DNA from: Nannocystis bainbridge
Lineage (GTDB): Bacteria > Myxococcota_A > Polyangia > Nannocystales > Nannocystaceae
Assembly: GCF_028368995.1 (NCBI RefSeq)
Contig: NZ_JAQNDL010000004.1
Coordinates: 288,001 to 352,000, forward strand
Reading direction: 5' to 3'
DNA: 64,000 bases
Below the pieces are notes generated by a model, which worked only from the letters and a program-made list of their open reading frames with translations, was not told the origin of the DNA and did not search any database. Positions 14,014 through 27,527 of this stretch are shown here, piece after piece (the stretch's first letter is position 1; each line of letters begins with the position of its first letter). The position numbers and the translations under genes are program-made.

Positions 14014-14102
14014 CGCGGCGATGAAGAGCGAGCGGTGACGCGGACGGGCGTCGAACTCGAGCGGTGGTTGCGACGAGCGACCCGAGCGAGCGGGTGACGC
14101 CG

Positions 14103-14966
14103 TCAGCGCTCCTGCGGCAGGTCGGGGCGCGCGCTCCACTCGTTCCACGAGCCGTCGTACACGCGCACGTCGGCGTGGCCGAGCGCCCGCAGCACCAGCC
14201 AGGTCACGCTCGCGCGCATGCCCGAGGCGCAGTACACCGCGACCGTCGGGCTCGTCAGCGCCCGCGCGTACAGCTCGCGCAGTTCGGCGTCGGATCGCAG
14301 GCGGCCATCGCTCGCGCGCGCCGCTTGCCACGGCAGGTGCTGCGCGCCGGGGATCCGTCCGGCCGCCCACTCGTCGTCGCCGCGGACGTCGAGCAGCAGC
14401 ACTTTCGGGTCGCCCAGGTGCGCATTCATCCACGCCGCGTCGACGCGCAGCGCTGGCTCCTCCGCGCCGAGCGGCGCGTCCCCGGGCTGCGGCGCGCCGG
14501 GGTCCGAGCTCTGCGGCGCGCCGGCGGCGACCCACGCGGCCCAGCCGCCGTCGAGCACGTGCAGCCGCTCCGGCGCGTGCCCGAACGACTGCAGCGTCCA
14601 CACCAGCCGCGCCGCCGACGGGCCAGCGTCGGCGTCGATGACGAAGACCTCGTCGCCGATGTCGATGCCCACCGCGCGCAGCGATGCCTCGAGCTGCGGA
14701 CGCGGGGCGCGCTGACCCTTGACGCCGTCGACCTCCGCCCGCAGCGCGGCGACTTCGAGGTGCACGGCCCCGGGCGCGTGTCCCGAGCGATAGGCGTCGG
14801 CAGGTCGCAGATCGACGAGCACGTGGGTGGCGTCGGGGCGCACGCCGCGGACCTCGTCGACCTGCACGAAGGCCGAGGTCCCCGACGCCGCCGGCTCGAC
14901 GGCGTCCGGGGGGCCGGCGGCGCAGCTCACGAGAGAGACGGCGAGGACGAGCGAGGCAGGCCGCAT
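14103..14966 (-). CDS. exported two-domain rhodanese/sulfurtransferase (lipoprotein)
   Basis: GHAPGA, LDGGWAAW, GRIPGA, YCASGMRA catalytic Cys, YDGSWNEW; SLVSC lipobox. Confidence 0.88.
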   Translation of the reverse strand: MRPASLVLAVSLVSCAAGPPDAVEPAASGTSAFVQVDEVRGVRPDATHVLVDLRPADAYRSGHAPGAVHLEVAALRAEVDGVKGQRAPRPQLEASLRAVGIDIGDEVFVIDADAGPSAARLVWTLQSFGHAPERLHVLDGGWAAWVAAGAPQSSDPGAPQPGDAPLGAEEPALRVDAAWMNAHLGDPKVLLLDVRGDDEWAAGRIPGAQHLPWQAARASDGRLRSDAELRELYARALTSPTVAVYCASGMRASVTWLVLRALGHADVRVYDGSWNEWSARPDLPQER

Positions 14967-15060
14967 GCTCGCAGTCTTGCATGTTTTGAGTCCAGCCGTC
15001 GGCGGCCGCTGCCGCTCGTGGCGCAGTCGCAAAACACGAAGGTCCCGGGGCACCGTCGAG

Positions 15061-16758
15061 TCAGGGCATGAGGTCGAGCAGTGAAGCGGGACGCAGCGCC
15101 TCGAGCTCGTGGGCATCGAGCGCTCGCTCCCATAGCTGCATCAAGCCCATGTCGCCGGCGAGCGACCACGACCACGGCGCTCGGAGGTGGTCCTCGTCGT
15201 CGAGCCAGCGGGGCGCGAGGTCGGTGCGCGCGCTCGAGGCCTCGATGCCTTGAAGCTCTCCGTCGAGCCACAACTCGAGCGCCGCGTCGCCGTCGTCGCC
15301 GAAGCGGCGGACCAGCGTGACGTTGTGCCAGCGCGAGTCCAGCACGCCGCCCTCGTGAGGCGCAGGAGCTTCGACGGACCAGGCCCGGCCGGGCCCGGCA
15401 TCCGCCCCGTCCTCGACGATCCAGCGCAAGCCTCCGTCGACCGTGACGAGCACGGCGAAGCGAGGGGCATCGCCGCACGCCCCGCTGGCGTCGGCGAGGA
15501 GCGGCTGTTCGTCGCGCCACCAGCAGTCGTCGGCGTACGGCTCGACGGGCCGCGAGAGCGTCGGCGGATCGATCGCCTCGAACCGAAGGTTGAGAGAAAA
15601 GCTGAACTCGCCGAGGCGCGTGCCCTCCGGCAATCGCACCGTGCTGGCGCATGGTTCGTCCCAGCGCGTGCAGTCATGCGCCGATCTCGGCTGCTCTTTG
15701 GCGAAGGATTGATTCTCTTCCATGAGAATGAATCCGACCTCCGGGATCGGTGTGCCGACCTGGGGTTCGCCGTCGACGGTGGGGGGCGCCGGCTTGGCGT
15801 TGGGCGGCGAAGGGGCGCCCAGGGGCGCCTGGAGGTTGAACTTCGTCTCGGCCCGGGACGGCGCGGTGGTTCGCACGGGGGAAGGTGGCGCGCGAGCGAC
15901 GTGCGAGGCGACCGAGGTCCCGGTGCCGGAGCACCGATCGAGGGCGCACAGCTTGAAGGCCGCGCCTTCGAAGAGGAGCCGTTGCTCCGGGTCACCGCGC
16001 AAGAAATGATCGAGGAAGACGTGGCGCGCAGCGTCGCCGCTGTCGAGGTCGGCAGGGAACGTCACGAGCTCCGCCCGATTCCGCGGGCGCTTCGACGTGA
16101 CGATGAGCTCGAGCGACTGCTCCTGCGAAGCCGCGTGGACCTCGGGATGCGCGCAAGCTGCCTCGGGCGGCCGCGGAGGCAGAGGGACCGCGGGCATGGT
16201 CGCCTGGGGAGCTTCCGCTCGCTGGTTCGCGGTCGTCCCCGTCGAAGCCGGGACCATCGCGGCCGCAAGCATCACCGGCGGCGGTGGGGCGAGCAACGCC
16301 TGGATGACCCCGCCTGCGACGTGGGCGACGGCGCCGAGCCCGACCGCGAACATCCCGACCACGAGCAGCGAGGTCGACGTGTGAGTCCGGGGGAGCGGCG
16401 CAGGCCTCATGCGGCTCGACCTCCGGGAGCGCGTGGACGCGGCGGACGAGGGGGAGAGCTGGATCTCGAAGCGTCGCGCGACGGCAGCGATGGCCGTGAA
16501 CTGTCGCGGCCGCATGCGGAGCAGCTCTTCGAACAGCTCGCGGTCGACACCCCGGTGGTGGATCAGCGTGATGAGCTGACCGGCGACGCTGCTCACGCTC
16601 CCCCGACCGAGCGCGTGCGCGAGGTCGTCGTCTCCGCAGCGCTCCGCGAGCGCGCGAGCCATTCGATGCAGGTCTTGCGAAGCGAGGGTGGCACACAGCA
16701 GTCGCCGCAGCGCTTCGTCACGCGGCCGGGTCGGCGCTCCGGGGGCAGAGTCCTGCAT
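15061..16758 (-). CDS. membrane protein with N-terminal helical (EAD-like) domain and C-terminal LamG-like domain
   Basis: One hydrophobic TM segment; WHNVTLV...LWLDGELQ...WERAL resembles the LamG/concanavalin fold. Confidence 0.6.
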   Translation of the reverse strand: MQDSAPGAPTRPRDEALRRLLCATLASQDLHRMARALAERCGDDDLAHALGRGSVSSVAGQLITLIHHRGVDRELFEELLRMRPRQFTAIAAVARRFEIQLSPSSAASTRSRRSSRMRPAPLPRTHTSTSLLVVGMFAVGLGAVAHVAGGVIQALLAPPPPVMLAAAMVPASTGTTANQRAEAPQATMPAVPLPPRPPEAACAHPEVHAASQEQSLELIVTSKRPRNRAELVTFPADLDSGDAARHVFLDHFLRGDPEQRLLFEGAAFKLCALDRCSGTGTSVASHVARAPPSPVRTTAPSRAETKFNLQAPLGAPSPPNAKPAPPTVDGEPQVGTPIPEVGFILMEENQSFAKEQPRSAHDCTRWDEPCASTVRLPEGTRLGEFSFSLNLRFEAIDPPTLSRPVEPYADDCWWRDEQPLLADASGACGDAPRFAVLVTVDGGLRWIVEDGADAGPGRAWSVEAPAPHEGGVLDSRWHNVTLVRRFGDDGDAALELWLDGELQGIEASSARTDLAPRWLDDEDHLRAPWSWSLAGDMGLMQLWERALDAHELEALRPASLLDLMP

Positions 16759-17324
16759 CACTCCGGCATATAGAAAGCCCCGCAAATCAGCAATGGGTGC
16801 AATGCTCCTGTCATGCGAACGGAGTTATCGTCGGTATCGGCTTTTGTATGCGCACGTGCTGCAATCTTCGAATGAGGGAACTGAAGGCATGCACAGGGTT
16901 ACCGGGTGGTTGCATGCGATGCACGAAAGATGCACGACCGCTCGAATCCTGCCACCACGACGCAATTCGGAAGCGCAGAAGCTGCGCATGGTTTGAGTCG
17001 CCGAGAAACGGCGGGACCGAACCCATACGCGCCTCGACCGCCCGATAGGGCGTTCCGAGGAAATCGGAGGAGTCCATGCGGCGCGCGCCGCGGCGACGCG
17101 TCCGGCAGTCGAGAAGGTCAGGTGCTTCGCCATATCGAGTCGACAGTGGGGGAGCGCGGCGCGCGAGCGCGGGCTGTGGACCGCAGCCTCGGTCGCCGGG
17201 CTGTAATTCGCCGGTAAGGATCAACCGGCCGCGCGCGAACCACTCATGGCTCGGGCCGCGACGATGGCCCGGCGCTCGGCACGGGCGTCGGGTCGTCCCT
17301 GCGCCCGGAAAGTCACGACCTGAC

Positions 17325-20099
17325 ATGACCCGTCTCATCGTCTCCAAGCTCCTCCCTCGCATCGCCTTGCTCTCCACTTCGCTCGCCATCGGCTGCGACG
17401 AGCCCGAGGCCGGCGAGACCGCCGATCTCGCCGCCGACCTGCAGGAGTTCGTCGTCGGCGCGCCGGTGGAGGTCTCGCTCGCCCCGGCCGACGCCTCGCC
17501 GATCACCCTCATCACATGTCCCGAAGGACAGGCATGCGGCGCCGAGCTGCCGGCGCCGGCCGCCACCTTCGTCACCCCGCAGATCGACGCGCGCCCCGAC
17601 CTGCGTGCGCGGGTCGGTTACGCCGCGCGCAAGCGCGTGCTCGCGGTCGCCGACCTCGGCGAGCGGTTCAAGAACGCTATCGACATCAAGTTCGTCGAGG
17701 GCAGCGGGGTTCAGGCCCGCGGCGGCGCGCTGGTCCTCGATTCCGCGGCGCCCGCCGCGAGTCGGGCCGGCCTCGCCGAGGTCCAGCGGCTGCTCGACGG
17801 CCAGGCCCGCGCCGCCGCGGTCGCCATGCACACCGTCGATCCCGAGCTGCTGCGCGCGTGGAAACGCGACGGCGAGCGGGCCACCGGCGAGGAGCTGCCC
17901 GACCTCACCTTGTGGCAGCAACTGTTCGTCGAGGCCGCCGACGATCGCGCCTTCGTGGCGCTGATCAACGACCTCAATCGGCTGCCGATCGTCGAGCTGG
18001 CGAGCGCCACGCCGTTGCCGGCGGCGCCGCCCGGGCTGGCCGGGGAGGCCGCCGAGGCGTTCGCCGCCGCGGCGCGCGAGCACGATCGGCTGCCGTGGCC
18101 CGACGCCGAGCGCTTCACCGCGAAGATCGGCAGCACCACCGCCGCCGTCGGGCCCGGGCTCGTCGATCCGACCCCGCCGACAGCGCTGCTCGCGGACGAC
18201 GACGACGCGACGCGCAGCGGCCACGCCGGCGCGCCCGCGACGCTCGCCGCTCCCGGAGCCGATCCGAGCGCGGTCGTCGGCGACTACCGACCGCTGCAGA
18301 CGTACACCGTCTCGGCGCCGTTCGGGATGGACTTCGACTATCTGCGCAGCTCGTTCTGGAACGCCTGGGGCAACGGCTGGGGCTACACCGACGTCGAGTT
18401 CAACTGGAACCGCAACCACGCCGATCTCGGGGCGATCGCCGGCAATGAGGTGCTCGCCAACTTGGTGCCGACGCGGGTGTGGAGCGGCTGGCAGAACGTC
18501 GTCGATCACGGCACCGGCGTGGTCGGCATCCTCAGCAGCACCGACGACGCCGTCGGCACCACCGGCCTGGTCCCGAGCGCGACCGTGCGGCTGTCGACCG
18601 AGGAGAACGTGTGGGGCTGGAACCGCGTCGCCTCGATCACCGCCGCCGCGGCGCAGTTCTGGCCGGGCGCGGTCATCCTGCTCGAGATGCAGACGAGCGC
18701 CGGCTTCGACTGCAACTTCAACGGCGCGGCCGACGGCAACGACCTCGTGCCCGCCGAGTGGGACCCCGCGGTCAAGGACGCCATCCGCACCGCCGTCGCC
18801 AACGGGCGGATCGTCGTCGAGGCCGCCGGTAACGGCGATGGTTGCGACATCGGCCACTTCGGCTTCAGCGGCGCCTTCTCGGCCACCGATCCGGCCCAGG
18901 ACTCGGGCGCGATCATCGTCGGCGCCGGCGTGCCGAGCACGCGCGCGCCCGAGGGCTTCAGCACCACCGGCGCGCGCGTCGACGTCCAGGGTCAGGGCTC
19001 GGGCATCGTCACCACCGGCTACGGCTCGCTGCACAACAGCGACGGCTACGACCGCGAGTACGCCAACGGCTTCAACGGCACCTCGGGCGCCTCGCCGATG
19101 ATCACCGGCGTCGCGGTCGCGCTGTCGGGCGTGCTCAACTTCCAGTTCGGCTCGACCTTCGCGCCGCGCGAGCTGCGGGCGCTGCTGCGCCGCGTGGGCA
19201 CGCCCCAGGGCCCCGGCGCGCACATCGGCCCGCGGCCCGACCTGCGACTTCAATCGCAGTACCTCACCGCGCGCCACGTCCAGATCCGCAACTCCGACTT
19301 CGACGGCGACGGCCGCGACGATCTGGTGTCGTGGCGGCCCGAGAACGGCACCTGGTACATCCTGTTCTCTGCCACCGGGCAGACCGCGTCGTACCAGTGG
19401 GGCCTGCTGGGCGACATCCCGGTGCCCGCCAACATGGCCGGCGACGCGCGGGCCGATCTGGTGGTGTTCCGCCCGGCCGACGGCACCTGGCACGTGCGCC
19501 CGTGGGACGCGCCGGCCTACTGGCTGTCGTACGGCCTGAACGGCGACATCCCGGTGCCGATGGATCACGACGGCGACGGCCTCGCCTCGCCGGCGGTGTT
19601 CCGCCAGGCCGTGATGAACGGGACCTCGCTGTCGCGCTGGTACATCCGCACCAGCGCGACCACCTCGACCACGTTCGACTGGGGCGAGCAGGGCGACATC
19701 CCGCTGACCGGCGATTTCGACCTCGACGGCCGCGACGATTTCGCCATCTATCGCGGCAACACCGGGACGTGGTGGATCTATCCGTGGACCGGGCAATGGT
19801 TCACGAAGAGCTGGGGCCTCCGCGGCGACATCCCGCTCGTCGACCGCGTCGCCAGCCGCGACCAGATCGCCGTGTGGCGCCCGAGCAACGGCACGTTCTA
19901 TCGCATGAACCTGCAGACGAGCGCCAATTCGTCGGCGCAGTGGGGCGCCGCCGGCGACCTGCCGCGCCTGGCCGACACCGACGGCAACGGCACCAGCGAA
20001 CGCATCTATTATCACCCGGAGACGGGCGTTTGGTACAACCTCGATCGCTGGACGGGCATCAGCTGGGGCCTGCCCAACGACGTGCCGCTGGCGCGCTGA
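17325..20099 (+). CDS. S8 subtilase lipoprotein with C-terminal FG-GAP-like repeats
   Basis: LAIGC lipobox; TDVE (Asp), DHGTGVVG (His), AAGNG, GTSGASP (Ser); DFDGDG and WGxxGDIP repeats. Confidence 0.9.
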   Translation: MTRLIVSKLLPRIALLSTSLAIGCDEPEAGETADLAADLQEFVVGAPVEVSLAPADASPITLITCPEGQACGAELPAPAATFVTPQIDARPDLRARVGYAARKRVLAVADLGERFKNAIDIKFVEGSGVQARGGALVLDSAAPAASRAGLAEVQRLLDGQARAAAVAMHTVDPELLRAWKRDGERATGEELPDLTLWQQLFVEAADDRAFVALINDLNRLPIVELASATPLPAAPPGLAGEAAEAFAAAAREHDRLPWPDAERFTAKIGSTTAAVGPGLVDPTPPTALLADDDDATRSGHAGAPATLAAPGADPSAVVGDYRPLQTYTVSAPFGMDFDYLRSSFWNAWGNGWGYTDVEFNWNRNHADLGAIAGNEVLANLVPTRVWSGWQNVVDHGTGVVGILSSTDDAVGTTGLVPSATVRLSTEENVWGWNRVASITAAAAQFWPGAVILLEMQTSAGFDCNFNGAADGNDLVPAEWDPAVKDAIRTAVANGRIVVEAAGNGDGCDIGHFGFSGAFSATDPAQDSGAIIVGAGVPSTRAPEGFSTTGARVDVQGQGSGIVTTGYGSLHNSDGYDREYANGFNGTSGASPMITGVAVALSGVLNFQFGSTFAPRELRALLRRVGTPQGPGAHIGPRPDLRLQSQYLTARHVQIRNSDFDGDGRDDLVSWRPENGTWYILFSATGQTASYQWGLLGDIPVPANMAGDARADLVVFRPADGTWHVRPWDAPAYWLSYGLNGDIPVPMDHDGDGLASPAVFRQAVMNGTSLSRWYIRTSATTSTTFDWGEQGDIPLTGDFDLDGRDDFAIYRGNTGTWWIYPWTGQWFTKSWGLRGDIPLVDRVASRDQIAVWRPSNGTFYRMNLQTSANSSAQWGAAGDLPRLADTDGNGTSERIYYHPETGVWYNLDRWTGISWGLPNDVPLAR

Positions 20100-20495
20100 C
20101 GCGACCGCGCCGCTCACACGCATTCGGTTGATTGACGATCCATGACGCATGGGGCCTTGCAGGCGTCATTCACGATGAGCTCCAGCCCGCGCGCGGCAAG
20201 ACGGCCGCGCGCGGGCCCTTGCCATTTGCATTGTCAGCAACAGACATGAGATGCAAGTCGAAGCGGCCGATTTCGTCGTTCGCCGCGGACCTTGCGGGCT
20301 GATGTCTGTTGCAATGTCAGCCACGCCCAGTGGAAGTGCGAGCGCGCATCGCCGCGTCGCGGGGCTCACGGAGATCGCCCGGCGACGTCGGCCGCTGCGC
20401 CCCGCTCACGCTCGAGGAACGTGCCAGCGCTTCGAGGTGCGTGCCCCTCCCTCGAGGCAGGCTCCTGATCTCGGTGCACGAGGAGGGCACCGGGA

Positions 20496-20537
20496 TGGCT
20501 TCGATGACATGGCGTGAAGGACATGTCCAAAAGAACA
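20496..20537. promoter_or_regulatory. three-unit array of the TGTC-N6-GACA-like motif
   Basis: tggc-ttcgat-gaca|tggc-gtgaag-gaca|tgtc-caaaag-aaca with exact 14-bp period; function unknown. Confidence 0.55.
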
Positions 20538-20742
20538 TCACCTGAGCGCCTCGCGGACGCGACAGCGCCGTTCGGCGCGAGCGGCTGCGCGCGGTCGCTC
20601 GCGCCGCCGCCGTCCCTTCGCGGCCGGGGCTTGCGGAACAGCTCGCTGACGGATCTCCGACAGGGGCGTCCCCGCTGACCTCGGTGCGGGCGGGCGTGTT
20701 AGGTTCGCCGCGCATGCGAAGGGCGCAGCGAGGGGGCGGCTG

Positions 20743-21654
20743 ATGGGCGTCTTGCGCGGGCCTGACGGCGACCTCGAGCTGCCCGATCGCTGCCTTGTCG
20801 GCCGCTCGCGCGGCTGCGACCTCGTGCTCGCCGCCCGCGACGTCTCGAGCGAGCACGCGGTGCTGCAGTGGTCGGCGACGCACTGGGAGCTGCGGGACCT
20901 CGGCAGCCGCAACGGCTCGTACGTCGGCGAGGTGCGGCTCGGGCCGGGCGGGCGGGCGCCGCTGGCGGTCGGCGCGGTGCTGCGATTCGGCCGCGAGGCG
21001 GGGCCGTGGCAGCTCGCCTGTGCCGCCGGGCCGCGGGCGCAGGCGGTCGCGCTGGCCGACGGGGCGCGGCGGATCGCCGAGGGCGGCTATCTGGCGCTGC
21101 CGCACGAGACGGAGCCGCGCGCCGCTCTCTACCAGGAGGGCGACGGTCGCTGGTGGCTCGAGCAGGACGGGGCGACGCGGGAGGTCGACGACCGCGCGGT
21201 GATCGAGGCCGGCGGGCTGTGGCGCGTGCACCTGCCGCGGGCGGCCGCCGGCACGTGGGAGGACGGCGCGACGCTGCTGGTGGTCGCGCAGCTGCGCCTG
21301 CGCTTCGCGGTCAGCCGCGACGAGGAGCAGGTCGAGCTGGTGGCCCAGGTCGGCGAGCGCCGCCTCGACCTGCAGGTGCGCGCGCATCATTACCCGCTGC
21401 TGCTGCTGGCGCGTCAGCGGCAGGCCGACGCGGCCGCCGGGGTGGCCGCGGCGGAGCAGGGCTGGCTGCGGCAGGACGACCTGCTGACGATGCTGCGAAT
21501 GAAGGAGGACCACCTGGGCGTCGCCATCCATCGCGCGCGCGCCCAGCTGGCCCGCGCCGGGGTGGCCGACGCCGCGGCGTTGATCGAGCGGCGCCCCGGG
21601 ACGCGGCTGTTGCGGCTCGGAGTGGCGGCGATCGAGGTCGTGCCGCTGGCGTAA
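20743..21654 (+). CDS. FHA-domain protein with probable C-terminal winged HTH
   Basis: VGRS, VSSEHA and DLGSRNGSYV FHA motifs; HLGVAIHRARAQL resembles the OmpR-type recognition helix. Confidence 0.85.
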   Translation: MGVLRGPDGDLELPDRCLVGRSRGCDLVLAARDVSSEHAVLQWSATHWELRDLGSRNGSYVGEVRLGPGGRAPLAVGAVLRFGREAGPWQLACAAGPRAQAVALADGARRIAEGGYLALPHETEPRAALYQEGDGRWWLEQDGATREVDDRAVIEAGGLWRVHLPRAAAGTWEDGATLLVVAQLRLRFAVSRDEEQVELVAQVGERRLDLQVRAHHYPLLLLARQRQADAAAGVAAAEQGWLRQDDLLTMLRMKEDHLGVAIHRARAQLARAGVADAAALIERRPGTRLLRLGVAAIEVVPLA

Positions 21655-22183
21655 GCGCCAGCGAGCGCGAGCGTGACCCGCGGCACACTCTGCGAACGGC
21701 GGATGGCCGATTGTCGCCAGTTCCGCCGGTGCCAATCAGTGTGGCGACGCACCGGCCGATGCCTCGAGCGCGCACGGCGCCGTCCGCGGCCGTCGTGATT
21801 CGCGGACGTCCGACAGACCTGCTGGACCATGGTCACGTGTCCACCGCGAATCATGCGAGCGTCCGCGCCGGCGGGCCGTGCCGCGAATGTCGGCGCCGCG
21901 GGGCTGCTGCGCGCGCGCTGGCCCTGCGGGGCGTTCCCGAGCAGACGTCGACCGTCTGCGGCGCGTGAGGACAGGAAAAATCGCAAGTCTCTTCGGACAT
22001 GTCCGATCTACCAGGTGCAATGTCACTGGTGACAACGACGCGGACGGTGCACCCGCGAGCGTGAGGTTCGGCGGCGCGCAATTGTCGACGCCCCGCTCCG
22101 CGATCCGCGACGATTGACAGCGAGCGAGCGCCGACCCTACGGTCCGACTCGTAGCCGTGGCAATCGCTCATGAGGCATCCGGG

Positions 22184-22945
22184 ATGAGGAACGACCAGCG
22201 CGACGAACAAGCGAGGGGCGAGGCGAGGCATTTCGTGCTGGTCCACGGGGCCTGGCACGGGGCCTGGTGCTGGGTGACGACGGCCCGGCTGCTGGCGTCC
22301 CGCGGCCATCGGGTGACCACGCTCGACTTGCCGTCGCACGGCGCCGACGAGACGGCGCCCGCGTCGGTGACGCTGGACCACTACGCCGGGCGGGTGATCG
22401 CGGCGCTCGACGCGATCGAGGGCACGGTCGTGCTGGTCGGTCACAGCATGGGCGGCATCGTGATCTCGACGGTGGCCGAAGCGCGGCCGACGAAGGTCGA
22501 GAAGCTGGTCTATCTGACAGCATTCCTGCTGCCGAACGGCACGTCGCTGCTCGACGTGGCGCTGCAGGACGCCGAGTCGCTGGCGACCTCGAACCTGCGC
22601 GTCCGGGCCGACGAGGGCGTGGTCGACGTCAACCTCGACGCGGTCCAGGAGATCTTCTACGCCGATTGCGAGCGCGCGGACATCGACCGCGCCCGCTCGC
22701 TGCTGAAGCCGAACCCGCTGGCGCCGTTCGCCACGCCGCTGGCCCTGACGGACGCGGGCTACGGCAGCGTGCGCCGCTTCTACGTGTCGTGCGCGCGCGA
22801 CCGGGCGATCTCGCCGGCGCTGCAGCGCTCGATGCTGTCGGCGATGCCGTGCGAGGCGGTCCACGAGCTCCACACCGATCATTCGCCGTTCTTCTCCAAG
22901 CCCGAGCGGCTGCACGACGTGCTGGTGGCGATCGCCCGCTCGTGA
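22184..22945 (+). CDS. alpha/beta hydrolase (SABP2/methylesterase-like)
   Basis: LVHGAWHGAWCW, GHSMGG, DRAI and DHSPFFS. Confidence 0.9.
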   Translation: MRNDQRDEQARGEARHFVLVHGAWHGAWCWVTTARLLASRGHRVTTLDLPSHGADETAPASVTLDHYAGRVIAALDAIEGTVVLVGHSMGGIVISTVAEARPTKVEKLVYLTAFLLPNGTSLLDVALQDAESLATSNLRVRADEGVVDVNLDAVQEIFYADCERADIDRARSLLKPNPLAPFATPLALTDAGYGSVRRFYVSCARDRAISPALQRSMLSAMPCEAVHELHTDHSPFFSKPERLHDVLVAIARS

Positions 22946-23150
22946 GCCGGCGGTGTCGCTGCGCTGCATCGATTCGCAGCGCAGCGCACGACGCGTGTCG
23001 TGATTGACGTGGTGCCATTATTCGCCACGCATGCGGTGATTGTCGCGATGCCATGATTGCCGCCGCGAATGAAGGTCGCGCCGAGGGACCGCGATTCATG
23101 GCATCGCGTCGCGCGGTGATTCGCGCCCTCGCGGGCACCGCCGCGCGTCG

Positions 23151-25910
<2,760 letters not shown>

Positions 25911-26114
25911 GCGCTCGCGCAGCGAGGGGCGAGCAGGCCAGGCGAGCGTGGTCGCGGTGAGGTTGCGGCAGATCGGTGGCCGTGCGCCGACGACACCCGC
26001 TCTGCCGGATCTGCCACCGATGGGGCGGCCCGCGAGCCGGCCATAGGCGACGCGCCAGCCCGTGCATGGCCGACCTCGGCGCAGACACGCTGTGAGATGA
26101 TGAATGACCGAGAC

Positions 26115-26150
26115 GACATGTCGATAGGGACATGTCCTCCGGGCTATGTC
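26115..26150. promoter_or_regulatory. 14-bp-period TGTC-N6-GACA array between convergent genes
   Basis: gaca|tgtc-gatagg-gaca|tgtc-ctccgg-gcta|tgtc. Confidence 0.6.
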
Positions 26151-26229
26151 ATCAGTGCATTCTCGTGCGTGAGGCGACGACGATCGCCTCGCATTGCGTG
26201 CGACCTGGCGGTCAGGCCCGGCGACGAAG

Positions 26230-26787
26230 TCAGGACGACGGGCCGAGGTCGGTGCGGCCGGTGATGAGGCCGGTCTTGCTGCCGTCGAGCAGGGCCAGCA
26301 ACTCGCGCTCGATGACGCCGCCCGCCACGCTCTCGACGATCCGGCCGACCTCGCGACCTTCGCGCGAGACGATGATGGTCGGGACGTAGCGCAGATCGAT
26401 CGCGGCCTTGTCGATCTGGGGGGCGGTCTTCTGGGTGTCGACGCCGATCTGCTTGAGCGTGAACGGCAGGGGGGCGCCGGCGGCGTCGAACGCCCGCCAC
26501 AGCCGCGGGACCTCGCGGCGCGAGTCGCCGCACCAGGTGCCGAAGATGATGGTGACCTCGGCTCCGGGCGGCACGCTGGCGAGCTTCGCCGCCGCCTCGC
26601 CGTCGATCTCGGCGTCGCTGATCCACCCGGGGACCTGCTTCTCGACGTCGGCGCGCTCGACCGGTCCGACGAGCACCGGTGGGGCCTGATCCTGGGCGGA
26701 GGAGGGCGGGGTCGTCGCGTCGGAGCGACAGGCCGAGGTGGCGAGCACGACGGCGACGGCGAGGGAACGAGGATGCACCACGGACAT
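26230..26787 (-). CDS. thioredoxin-family lipoprotein (WCGDS type)
   Basis: ATSAC lipobox, FGTWCGDS, YVPTII and EVGRIVE. Confidence 0.82.
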   Translation of the reverse strand: MSVVHPRSLAVAVVLATSACRSDATTPPSSAQDQAPPVLVGPVERADVEKQVPGWISDAEIDGEAAAKLASVPPGAEVTIIFGTWCGDSRREVPRLWRAFDAAGAPLPFTLKQIGVDTQKTAPQIDKAAIDLRYVPTIIVSREGREVGRIVESVAGGVIERELLALLDGSKTGLITGRTDLGPSS

Positions 26788-27527
26788 ATCCCGCGGACCG
26801 TAGCAGACTCGCGCGCGCGCGCCGAGACGCGACGCAGGGTCGCGGGTCGGCCGACGCGACGCGTCGTCGGGGGCCGGCCGGCGACGAACCGTGTGCCGTC
26901 GCTTCGAACGTCATTTCGCTGGTGTCGTCCGTCGCTACGGGGTCGCCGGGCATCGCCCCGGCATCGCGTGGATCCTCGCGTGGCGCACGGGAGGACCCGC
27001 GCGGTGTGGAGGTTCGTCGCGGAGATGTCGGGGGCGACGAGGCGTGTCGCGGAGATTGCCGGGAAGACGTCGGATGCTGCGCAAGTACTCGCGGTGCCGA
27101 GGCGCAGCCGCCTCGCGCATCGCTGCGTGGCACAAGCGCCAGGGAATTCGTTGCTGCCAGGTCTTCGCGTTGCCGACGCGTGCCGCGCAGACGGGAGGAA
27201 GACGGCAGGTGCTGCGAAGGTATCCGTTCCGCCGAGGCATTGCCGTCCGCGAGCATCGTCCCGCCATCGCGCCGCCGCGTCGCGTAGACGGTAGGGGAAA
27301 TGTCGGGTGCTCGCGTCGCCGCTGCGTGTCGCGCAGACGTGAGCCGGGTGCTGCGAGGGTGCTCGCGCTGCCGAGTGTCGGAGTCCGCGAGATCCGCCAG
27401 CGCCCGGACCCTCGCGTCGCCGAGGTGCGCCGCGTCGACCTCGCCGGCTGCGGGCCCGGCGAGGCTGACGACGACGCGGTAGCGCGACCTCGGCGACGCG
27501 ACGGCCATGGCGCGAGCCGGTCGCGGC

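Noticed and set aside
20519-20528. GGACATGTCC resembles a p53 half-site
   Set aside because: Coincidental; it is the junction of two bacterial TGTC-N6-GACA units
26115-26150. Assigning the motif to MrpC or CRP
   Set aside because: Spacing and half-sites differ from TGTY-N8-RAC and TGTGA-N6-TCACA, and this array lies between convergent 3' ends; not fully excluded
26800-27500. ORFs in the gap between the thioredoxin-like and ABM genes
   Set aside because: No codon bias or motifs; treated as non-coding
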